Below are positions 18,675-27,041 of a DNA stretch of 64,000 nt, piece after piece. The notes under the pieces were generated by a model that worked only from the letters and a program-made list of their open reading frames with translations, was not told where the DNA came from and did not search any database. The position numbers and the translations under genes are program-made. Source of the stretch: a virus; IMG/VR virus record IMGVR_UViG_3300045988_106448; one strand, written 5' to 3'. Position 1 is the first letter of the stretch. Each line of letters opens with the position of its first letter.

Positions 18675-19459
18675 AATTTCGAGGGCGTATATATTGTATA
18701 GAATGTACTGTAAATCATAAGTGGTATATTGGTCAAACTTCTAGAAGTTTACAAGTTCGGATGAATGGGCATATCAAGTTAGCTCTGAGGGGAGGGGAAT
18801 TTGCTTTAAGTCGTGCTATACGAAAATACGGCGTTGAAAACTTTGTAATCGAGGAAATCATGTGGGTTGAGGCTCCTAATAAACATTCTCTAAAACAGAA
18901 ACTCGATTTTCTGGAACGCCATTTTATAGCCCGTTACGACACGAAACATACGGGCTATAATATGACGGAAGGAGGAGAAGGTGTATTAGGAATTCAATTT
19001 GATGAAGAGTCTAGAATAAAAATGTCTGAATCTGCTAAAAATAGATGCGATGAAAATTTTAGAAGAAGACAATCTATTGTTGCTAAACGTTTATGGCAAA
19101 AGGAATCTTTTCAAAAGTTAAGGTCAGAAGCCGCCCATTTGAATTTATTAAATAAAGAAGTTCAGAAAAAGATGGGTTTGGCTCGCCGAGGATTAAAGTT
19201 TACTGAAGAGCATAAGAAGAAAATAGGTTTAGCCGTAAGCGGGGAAAGGAATGGTATGTATGGGAAAAGCCACCCAAAAGAATTTATTGAAAAATTTACT
19301 AAGAAAGTTTATCAATATACTCCAGAGGGGGTTTTAGTGAAAGAATGGTTTTCTATTATTGATATTAAAAGAGAATTGAAAATAGGCAGAAAATGTTTAA
19401 AGAAAGCTATTGCAAATCAATTTATTTATCATGGTTATATTTGGAAATTTAAAAGATGA
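18671..19459 (+). CDS. GIY-YIG homing endonuclease with NUMOD3-like repeats (free-standing)
   Basis: GIYCIEC...KWYIGQTSRSL.R...H gives the GIY-YIG motif. Repeated EEHKKKIGLAVSG / RNGMYGKSH NUMOD-like DNA-binding modules. AT-rich relative to flanks. Confidence 0.7.
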   Translation: MKFRGRIYCIECTVNHKWYIGQTSRSLQVRMNGHIKLALRGGEFALSRAIRKYGVENFVIEEIMWVEAPNKHSLKQKLDFLERHFIARYDTKHTGYNMTEGGEGVLGIQFDEESRIKMSESAKNRCDENFRRRQSIVAKRLWQKESFQKLRSEAAHLNLLNKEVQKKMGLARRGLKFTEEHKKKIGLAVSGERNGMYGKSHPKEFIEKFTKKVYQYTPEGVLVKEWFSIIDIKRELKIGRKCLKKAIANQFIYHGYIWKFKR

Positions 19460-20454
19460 AAAAGAATAAAATTATTCCAGTCCCTAACGAAAATTTTCAA
19501 TATTATTTGTATTGGATTACTAAAAGAATGGAAATTTTTTGGAACAAATACGAGGGTAAACCCGCCCCATGGACGGACGATCCTATATTACAAAAATATA
19601 AATTTTGTAATACGTACAGGTGCCTCGACAGAGTTAGTCAGTACCTGTTGAGCCACGTGATTTACAACGGTAAGGATTACGAACCGGAAGATATGTTTTA
19701 CCGCATATTGTTGTTCAAACATTTTAACAAGATAGAAACATGGGAAGCGATTGAAAAAGAATTAGGGGATATTACCCTTAATGTGGAATTAGAAGACATT
19801 GCCAAATGTCTTGATGATATGGTAAAACGAGGCATTACCATTTATGGAAGTGCTTATATTATTAATTGTTGTTTCTACCAATTACCGGAGTATTCCTACA
19901 TGAAGGGGATGTCTAAACACCGGGCACACTTTAGCGTGTTTCAACGTGAAATTTTTGACAACGGGCATATTTATGACTTCCTAGACGCACAGTCATTAGA
20001 GGAGTTGTTTTGGGTATTCCGTAAGATGAAAATATACGGGGACTTTACGGCACAACAATACGCCATTGACATGAATTACAGCCCTCTGTTTGACTTTAAC
20101 GAAAATGATTTTGTTATAACCGGACCGGGTTCAATTCGAGGAATTGAGAGGACTTTTCAGAATGCCCGTGGGTGTGATTACGTGGGTGTGATGAAATGGG
20201 TTCTTGCCCATTTTACGGAGTTGATGTATGAACAAGAAAAGGAGAAAGGTTTCACATTTCGTCCACTTCCTAATCGTATGCCCACGTTGATAGACTTGCA
20301 AAATTGCTTCTGTGAAACGGATAAATATTTGCGGGGTGCCGGGGTTGAAACAGAAGGATTAAAAGTGAAAGGCGAGCGGATTAAACACACTTACGAGGCG
20401 AACCGTAATAAAATTAAATACACGTTGCCACCTAAGTGGAATGTGAAACTTTAA
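19456..20454 (+). CDS. hypothetical protein (332 aa) in the nucleotide-modification neighbourhood
   Basis: No motif I can assign by eye. Translationally coupled to the downstream ThyA-fold gene. Confidence 0.3.
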   Translation: MKKNKIIPVPNENFQYYLYWITKRMEIFWNKYEGKPAPWTDDPILQKYKFCNTYRCLDRVSQYLLSHVIYNGKDYEPEDMFYRILLFKHFNKIETWEAIEKELGDITLNVELEDIAKCLDDMVKRGITIYGSAYIINCCFYQLPEYSYMKGMSKHRAHFSVFQREIFDNGHIYDFLDAQSLEELFWVFRKMKIYGDFTAQQYAIDMNYSPLFDFNENDFVITGPGSIRGIERTFQNARGCDYVGVMKWVLAHFTELMYEQEKEKGFTFRPLPNRMPTLIDLQNCFCETDKYLRGAGVETEGLKVKGERIKHTYEANRNKIKYTLPPKWNVKL

Positions 20455-21521
20455 TTTCAAGAACCATGTTTTTACAAGCTGAAAATTTAAACGAGGCATT
20501 TATTTGCCTTTGTCAAGAACTATTTTATCACGGCGAAGACGTGACCCGGCGTGGCTTTAAATGCCGGGAAATTCCTCGAGCGGTGTTAGTGGAAATTACC
20601 AATCCAGTAGACCGTTATGTGCGTGTGCCAGAGCGCAAATGGAATAAGGTGTTGGGGTGGGTTGAATCCCTATGGATCGCTCGTGGGGATAATGCTTTAG
20701 AAATGCCTGCTGCCTATGTTAAGAACCTGAAGAATTTCAGTGATGACGGCATACACATGAGAGCCGGGTACGGTCCGAGATTCAGACATTATGGGGATAA
20801 CGGGGAATTTAAACCATTGTTTAATCTTCCTATTTCAACAGGATTTCCCGTTGACCAACTTAGATTTGTCATTGAAAAATTTAAGGAGGACATTGACACA
20901 CGGGAAGCGGTGGTTACTATTCATGACCCTGTAATGGACGATTTCGGTCCCGTAGATAACAGTGGGGTGGCTCCTGTTTTACGAACAAAGGACACTCCAT
21001 GCACCCGGTCAATTCATTTCATGATTGTGAACGGTGCGATGAATTGCTACGTTGACATTCGGAGTAATGATGTTGTATGGGGCTTTAGTGCCGTGAACGT
21101 GTTTAACTTTACGTTAATGCAGGAATACGTCGCCGCTCTGGTAGGCGTGCCCGTGGGTAAGTATTACCACAAGGCTGATAACTTGCACGTGTATGAAAAC
21201 TTCTTACCGTTGGTGGAGGAGATTGCCAAGAAGTACACGGGTAACGAATACCCTTCTGGAACCCGGTTCGCTTACAAACCCTCCTACAAAACTCTTCAAG
21301 AGTTTGATGCTTACATAGGTAAACTCAGCACCTTCGAAGAATTGTGTAGAGGGAAGAAAGTTCCGGCAGAAGAATTGGAAGTGATACTTAGAACCTTTAC
21401 CGATGACTTATTTAACGATTGGGCTAAAGTGTTCTTCACCTACTGGACTAAACACCCGGTAGAGTTTACCAATCCGTTGTTAAACGAAATATTTTGTTTT
21501 GATGAATTACGAGAAAATTGA
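20436..21521 (+). CDS. thymidylate synthase-fold enzyme (ThyA or dUMP hydroxymethylase-like)
   Basis: Aligns to the ThyA core: PCTRSIHFMIV..NCYVDIRSNDVVWGFSAVNVFNFTLM....ADNLHVYEN against PCHAFFQFYV...[25 protein letters not shown]...GDTHLYSNH. The catalytic Cys and the uracil-specifying Asn are conserved. The protein is about 100 aa longer than ThyA. Confidence 0.65.
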   Translation: MECETLISRTMFLQAENLNEAFICLCQELFYHGEDVTRRGFKCREIPRAVLVEITNPVDRYVRVPERKWNKVLGWVESLWIARGDNALEMPAAYVKNLKNFSDDGIHMRAGYGPRFRHYGDNGEFKPLFNLPISTGFPVDQLRFVIEKFKEDIDTREAVVTIHDPVMDDFGPVDNSGVAPVLRTKDTPCTRSIHFMIVNGAMNCYVDIRSNDVVWGFSAVNVFNFTLMQEYVAALVGVPVGKYYHKADNLHVYENFLPLVEEIAKKYTGNEYPSGTRFAYKPSYKTLQEFDAYIGKLSTFEELCRGKKVPAEELEVILRTFTDDLFNDWAKVFFTYWTKHPVEFTNPLLNEIFCFDELREN

Positions 21522-22041
21522 CATCCTATTAGGGATGAAGGATATCCAAAGGCTACCAAATACCCCCCACCACCGGGGGTATAACCTTTTGGAACATGGT
21601 TTGGTAGTTGGAATGTTATTCCGGTGGTTCGCTTCAGAAGAGAACGTGGCGTACGACATTAACGTGTTTGACAAGGTTCTCCTACATGATTTCGTTGAAA
21701 GCGTCACGGGGGATTTAAACGCTTGTGTTAAGAAGTTTAACGATAAGACAGCCAAGGCGTGGGACATTATTGAATTTGAAATATGCCACGGCAACCCGGT
21801 ACTCGCCCCCTATTCTGATCAGGAAATAAAGAAAGCCATGACGGATCAGCAATATCGTCTATTTAAAATGTGCGATTATCTTGATTTGTGGATTTTCTGC
21901 CGGAACGAAATGGCGTTGGGAAACCGAGCGCAAAAGTTGGTTAAATGTTTGTCTAACTGCGAAAAGCTATTGGCTCACTATTCTCATGAATGGGCTGAGT
22001 TTAAAAGCATCGCTAAATTCATGAAACAATATGAAGGGTAA
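21499..22041 (+). CDS. HD-domain 5'-deoxynucleotidase (YfbR-like)
   Basis: H..EH....LLHDFVESVTGDL....D arrangement, typical of YfbR-type HD phosphohydrolases. Confidence 0.55.
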   Translation: MMNYEKIDILLGMKDIQRLPNTPHHRGYNLLEHGLVVGMLFRWFASEENVAYDINVFDKVLLHDFVESVTGDLNACVKKFNDKTAKAWDIIEFEICHGNPVLAPYSDQEIKKAMTDQQYRLFKMCDYLDLWIFCRNEMALGNRAQKLVKCLSNCEKLLAHYSHEWAEFKSIAKFMKQYEG

Positions 22042-22711
22042 AGTTATTGGGTTGGTAGGTGTAATTGGTAGTGGAAAAAGCTATACTTTAAAACGTCTTA
22101 AAGAGGAGGCTTCCAACACCTCCAGATTATTTATAGAAGGTGACTTTAGTGAAGGTATTCGTCAATTTATCATGAACATTTACGTGGGTAATGACGTGCC
22201 GATAGATGTGAATGGTGGAGCGTATGCCAAATGGAAGGCACATCCTAATGAAATTGCGTTACCCGTGTTTAGAGATGATGCCGGGAATTTATCATGCGGT
22301 ACGATTACCGGGCGCAAACTACTTCAACGGGTTGGAGAGTACATGAAGGCGATGGCAGGTAATGACGTTTGGGCTAAGTGGACGAAGACAGACGTTATGC
22401 GGGCATATAACAAGGCTTGTCTGATTTACCCCACGGCTAAGATTGAAGAAATGACAATTACTTTCGGGTCGGTGCGTTTCTTATGTGAAGCCCAAGTGGT
22501 TTTTGACGTGGCAACCCTTACCGATAAAGAACCCGTGATTATCTTTTGCAACCACAAGTCAGATTCCTACGAGTTGAATGATCACGTTAGTGAAGCATTT
22601 GCTCGGCACTTTGTTGATTTGGGTTACAAGGACGGTCAAGACATTACCGCCGAGGTACGTAGATTATTATTAAATTCAGAAAAGGATGAAAGATTTTCTA
22701 GCATATCTTGA
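22031..22711 (+). CDS. P-loop nucleotide kinase-like protein
   Basis: N-terminal Walker A VIGLVGVIGSGKSYT, 226 aa. Size and context suggest a dNMP/nucleotide kinase. Confidence 0.45.
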   Translation: MKGKVIGLVGVIGSGKSYTLKRLKEEASNTSRLFIEGDFSEGIRQFIMNIYVGNDVPIDVNGGAYAKWKAHPNEIALPVFRDDAGNLSCGTITGRKLLQRVGEYMKAMAGNDVWAKWTKTDVMRAYNKACLIYPTAKIEEMTITFGSVRFLCEAQVVFDVATLTDKEPVIIFCNHKSDSYELNDHVSEAFARHFVDLGYKDGQDITAEVRRLLLNSEKDERFSSIS

Positions 22712-25700
22712 GAGAAATTTAATGGATTATACCCTGATATCAGATTACGTTGTTGATATCGGGGGTAAGACATTCGAGTTATACAAGCCCGCTCATGATG
22801 GAGCGTTATTCGATGACGACTTTAATTTCGTGGGGATTCCCGCTAATCCTGACCGGGCTTCGGTAGAGGAATCGTCTACGGAAACTGAATGTGATTTTTA
22901 CGCTTACCGTTTCGGTGGGGTGTGGTATATGCTACCACGAGGAAAAGAGAACGAGGTAAAATTGATTCGGTTAAAATACGTGGGTGCGGCACTTCAGGAA
23001 GTTCCTACACGGGTATTTCTGGGGGTGCATGGTCAGTACGAAATGATGTCCGGGTCAGGCACGTATAAAGAATGGTGCCAGAAGGCGAAGTTTTTAGGGG
23101 TTCACACGTTAGGTATCTGTGAGAAAAACAGTTTAGCCGGGGCGTTAAAATTCCAAACGGAATGTATCGCTGCCGGGTTAAAGAGCGTGATTGGAATGGA
23201 GTGCAGCGTGTATGATGAACCAAACGATTATGCTTTCACGGCTAAGGTGTACGCTCGCAATGAAAAGGGATGGAAGGACTTGTTGACAATAAACAAGTTT
23301 ATAAATTGTGACAATCCTAAATATATAGGAGTTGCCGACTTTCGGAATATTACTCGTGGCAATAATGATCTTGTGGTATTTTTAGACCCCAAGGCGTTGG
23401 ACTATGACAAGATTGGAATGTTGGGTATTGCGGGGATTACCAATTTATACCAATTAGACCCGGCTATATACACCGCCGAAAAGCGTGACGAGTGGTACTT
23501 GAAGAATCTTAAAAAGTTCTTTCATGACAAGTCGCTGACAGCCGTGGCGGCTATTGATGCGTGGTATTTGGATGAAGAATACAGTTGTATTCGACCTCGG
23601 TTACACAGCATGGGGAACACGATAGCCTATGCAAGTGAGAATCAGTATTTCAAATCAAACGATGAATACTTGTTAGAATTGTCAGAGTTATTCCCTAAAA
23701 CTGATGAAGGGTTCGAAATGGCGTATAACAAATTCATGGATGCGATAGACGTGTTGGAAAACGTTGCCGAGGCGATTACCTTTACCATAGACGTCAAGAA
23801 ACGCCACTTACCCCACTACAAAATGACAAAGGAGGAGGCGGCAGAGTTTGACAACAATGAGGATCTCTTTTGGTCTCTTATAGACAAGGGGCTTGAGGCT
23901 CATCCTGACTTAATTGAGGATTGGGGTGAAGAGGTTATTATGGAGCGTATTGAGAGGGAAGTGGGGGTTATAAAGCTAGGTGAAGCGATTGATTACTTTT
24001 TAATCACGTGGGACATTATCAATTGGTGCCACCGTAACGGTATCATGACGGGGATTAGTCGTGGGAGTGCCGGAGGTTGTTTGGTATCATATCTGTTGGG
24101 TATTACCAAACTTGATCCCATGCGGTATGACTTACTGTTCGAGCGTTTCTTGAATGCGGGTCGTGTGAAGGTTTCCCTACCTGATATTGACTGTGATTAC
24201 CCCGGTGAAGACCGTCCTCGTGTAAAGAAGTACATGGAGGAACGTTACGGGTGGAAACAGGTGTGTTCGGTAGGAACGTACAGTGCTCTACAATTACGTG
24301 CGGCTCTTAAAGCCTTGTCACGGGTGTACGGTTTGCAATTCAAGGACGTTAACGACATGATGAAGTTGTTTGACGTGAAAGACCGTAAGCCGGAAGACCT
24401 GTTTAAGATAGCGTGTGCCCACCCCGTTGTTAAACACTTTGTCAAGGAACACCCGGATTTGATTAACGAAGCGATGCTCGTGATGCCCGCACCGTTGGCG
24501 CAGTCTATTCATGCTTGCGCCATGATGGTATTCCCAGATGAAAACGATATGTTTAGATGGGTGCCTATTCGTAAACAGGGGGACGAGTACGTTACCGAAT
24601 GGGAAGGTGGTGAGATGGATGCAGCCGGGTTCTTGAAAGAAGACGTGCTAGGGGTGAAACAGTTTGACAAGTTTCAGGACATGGTACGTTTGATTAAAGA
24701 ACATGAAGGTGTAGACCTTGATATTTTTAGCGTGCCGTTGGATGACCCTGAAGTGTACGCCTATTTCCAAAATGGGTGGAATGAAGATAACTTCCACTTC
24801 GGCAGTAACGGGCTAACCGGGTATTGCAAGCAAATGAAGCCTGAAAATATAGAGGACTTGATTGCGGCTATATCCCTGTACCGCCCCGGTGCGATGGAGA
24901 ACAACTTCCATAATGAATACGTGTTGCGTAAGGAGGGCACTAACAAGGTAGAGTATTTCGTTGGTACGAAAGATATTCTTAAGAATACGTATGGAGTGTT
25001 CGCTTATCAGGAACAGATCATGCAGTTATGCCGAGAGTTAGGAGGGTTGTCATTGGTGGAAGCAGATGACGTGCGTAAAGCGATGGTGAAGAAGAAGTAC
25101 GAGGCGTTACAGCAATACAAGGAAAGATTTATTCCCTATTACCGGGATAACTACGGCGTTAGCCAAGAATACAGCGAGAAGGTGTGGGATGCCATTGACA
25201 AGGCTTCAACGTACTTGTTTAACCGTAGCCACGCCGCCGCCTATGCCATTACCGGATACATTTCCCAATGGATTAAGGTGCATTATCCGATAGAGTATTG
25301 GTCGGTAGCGTTTAAATACGCCCAAGACTTTGATTACCCCCGGTACATTGCGGAAATTAATAAGACGGGGGTCTGCACGGTGCGTCCTGTGGATATTAAC
25401 TTGTCGGCGTTGGATGTTACCATTAACTTTAAAGAAAAGGCTCTGTATTGGTCTATAACCGGAATAAAACAAGTAGCGGAAAAAGCCGCAACCCAAATTT
25501 TAAAAGAGCGTGAAGAGAATGGTGATTACTATTCGTTGGATGATTTCGTGGTTCGGCATAAATGGAAGGGTTCGGCGGTTAATAGCCGTATCATACGAAA
25601 CCTAATTTTAGCGGGGGCGTTTGACAAGTTGGAAAACGTGCAGGAACCTTCAGATCGTATTGATTTGTTGATTAATTTCTTAGGTTCTACTAATACCGAA

Positions 25701-26171
25701 ATTAAAGATGATGACCCGGTACTTGAAGGGGCTGACAAGCACATGGGAGATGCGTGGTGGTGGGCACTCATGCAAAAGAAAGTGTCCGGGTTGGCATTCT
25801 TTGATTATCGTGGCATTTACGAACGATACGGTGGGGGACAATTCCCGCCCGAGTACGTGTATTCTGAAATAGAGGAGTGTCAAGGTGAAACCCTTCCTAA
25901 CGGTAATCAGGTTATTGTAGCCGGGTTCGTTACGGAGTTTGAACTTAAGAAGACACGTAAGGGCGAAATGATGTGTAAAATACTGTTGGAAAATAATTAT
26001 GACTTCCTAGAAGTTATGGTATTCCAATCAGAGTTTGAAACATTAAGGGACTACCTGACCGGGCGTGGGGACATCATCATGCTGAATGGCTCGATAGCGT
26101 ATGATAAACGCAAGGAAGTAAACATTTTAAGGGCGAATTTCGAAACGAATATCGTCACTTTAACGTTATAA
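22686..26171 (+). CDS. dnaE: DNA polymerase III alpha subunit (DnaE-type, PHP domain)
   Basis: N-terminal PHP domain (FLGVHGQYEMMSGSGTY...HTLGICEKNSLAGALKFQ....LKSVIGMEC). Pol III alpha palm/fingers motif NRSHAAAYAITGYISQWIKVHYP. 1161 aa. Confidence 0.8.
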   Translation: MKDFLAYLERNLMDYTLISDYVVDIGGKTFELYKPAHDGALFDDDFNFVGIPANPDRASVEESSTETECDFYAYRFGGVWYMLPRGKENEVKLIRLKYVGAALQEVPTRVFLGVHGQYEMMSGSGTYKEWCQKAKFLGVHTLGICEKNSLAGALKFQTECIAAGLKSVIGMECSVYDEPNDYAFTAKVYARNEKGWKDLLTINKFINCDNPKYIGVADFRNITRGNNDLVVFLDPKALDYDKIGMLGIAGITNLYQLDPAIYTAEKRDEWYLKNLKKFFHDKSLTAVAAIDAWYLDEEYSCIRPRLHSMGNTIAYASENQYFKSNDEYLLELSELFPKTDEGFEMAYNKFMDAIDVLENVAEAITFTIDVKKRHLPHYKMTKEEAAEFDNNEDLFWSLIDKGLEAHPDLIEDWGEEVIMERIEREVGVIKLGEAIDYFLITWDIINWCHRNGIMTGISRGSAGGCLVSYLLGITKLDPMRYDLLFERFLNAGRVKVSLPDIDCDYPGEDRPRVKKYMEERYGWKQVCSVGTYSALQLRAALKALSRVYGLQFKDVNDMMKLFDVKDRKPEDLFKIACAHPVVKHFVKEHPDLINEAMLVMPAPLAQSIHACAMMVFPDENDMFRWVPIRKQGDEYVTEWEGGEMDAAGFLKEDVLGVKQFDKFQDMVRLIKEHEGVDLDIFSVPLDDPEVYAYFQNGWNEDNFHFGSNGLTGYCKQMKPENIEDLIAAISLYRPGAMENNFHNEYVLRKEGTNKVEYFVGTKDILKNTYGVFAYQEQIMQLCRELGGLSLVEADDVRKAMVKKKYEALQQYKERFIPYYRDNYGVSQEYSEKVWDAIDKASTYLFNRSHAAAYAITGYISQWIKVHYPIEYWSVAFKYAQDFDYPRYIAEINKTGVCTVRPVDINLSALDVTINFKEKALYWSITGIKQVAEKAATQILKEREENGDYYSLDDFVVRHKWKGSAVNSRIIRNLILAGAFDKLENVQEPSDRIDLLINFLGSTNTEIKDDDPVLEGADKHMGDAWWWALMQKKVSGLAFFDYRGIYERYGGGQFPPEYVYSEIEECQGETLPNGNQVIVAGFVTEFELKKTRKGEMMCKILLENNYDFLEVMVFQSEFETLRDYLTGRGDIIMLNGSIAYDKRKEVNILRANFETNIVTLTL

Positions 26172-26187
26172 ACGTAAATAAAAGATT

Positions 26188-26724
26188 ATGGAAATACTCG
26201 TGCATTTTAACGGAGTACCCGTTACGTTACAAACAAACGGTTTCGAAGACCGTATAGACATTGACCGTTTAACTTCAATTGATTATGGTAATCTTTACGG
26301 AGAAGCCGTGACAGTTAGTGCCCTCTTGAATAAAGTGGGTATGTTACGGGCAGAAGCCGAAAAGACCATGAACGAAAAGAAGTTGGAGAAGGAGATTTAC
26401 GAAGCTGACTTGCGCCGTATGTGGCGGCGTGAAGCCAACCGTAACCAAGGGCGGTTTACGATAGAAGGGGAGGAAATTAAATTGTCTGAGAAGGCGTTGG
26501 ACGAAGCGGTAATCCTCGATGAGGAATATCAGAAGATAGCCCTAGAGCATATTGAAGCCCAAAAGAATTTTAATATGCTTGATGCGTTATTGTGGGCGGT
26601 TCAGGACAAGTCTAGAAAATTGAATAATGTTTTAAAACCTGTAACTCCTACGGAATTTCTTAACGAGTTAGTGGAGGGAGCCGTAAATAGTTTTACAATA
26701 ACTAGGAAAGGTTTTAACCGTTAA
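26188..26724 (+). CDS. hypothetical protein
   Basis: 178-aa ORF with a charged, coiled-coil-like middle region. Confidence 0.3.
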   Translation: MEILVHFNGVPVTLQTNGFEDRIDIDRLTSIDYGNLYGEAVTVSALLNKVGMLRAEAEKTMNEKKLEKEIYEADLRRMWRREANRNQGRFTIEGEEIKLSEKALDEAVILDEEYQKIALEHIEAQKNFNMLDALLWAVQDKSRKLNNVLKPVTPTEFLNELVEGAVNSFTITRKGFNR

Positions 26725-26735
26725 CAAAAAGAATT

Positions 26736-27041
26736 ATGGCAACAGTACATGAAATTAATTTTGACGAATACATTCAGCTAGACGATGTCTATTTTGTGAA
26801 GCCTTGCGAAAATGCAAGAGAGAGATTTGATTTATTTGAATTGAAGGAGGCTTCTAATGCAAAGCGTTACCCGGATGGTAAGATGGATGATGTAGCCTAC
26901 GGCTTGACATTAGAAGGTTGTATTGAGCGGGTATGTCACATAAGAGCACAGGAAGACAATACGGAATTGGAAGGTTATTTAAACAAGTTGCGAGAAGTAA
27001 ATAAGGAAATTAGAGAAACATTGATTGATTATTGTAAATAG
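26736..27041 (+). CDS. hypothetical protein
   Basis: 101-aa ORF. Confidence 0.3.
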   Translation: MATVHEINFDEYIQLDDVYFVKPCENARERFDLFELKEASNAKRYPDGKMDDVAYGLTLEGCIERVCHIRAQEDNTELEGYLNKLREVNKEIRETLIDYCK

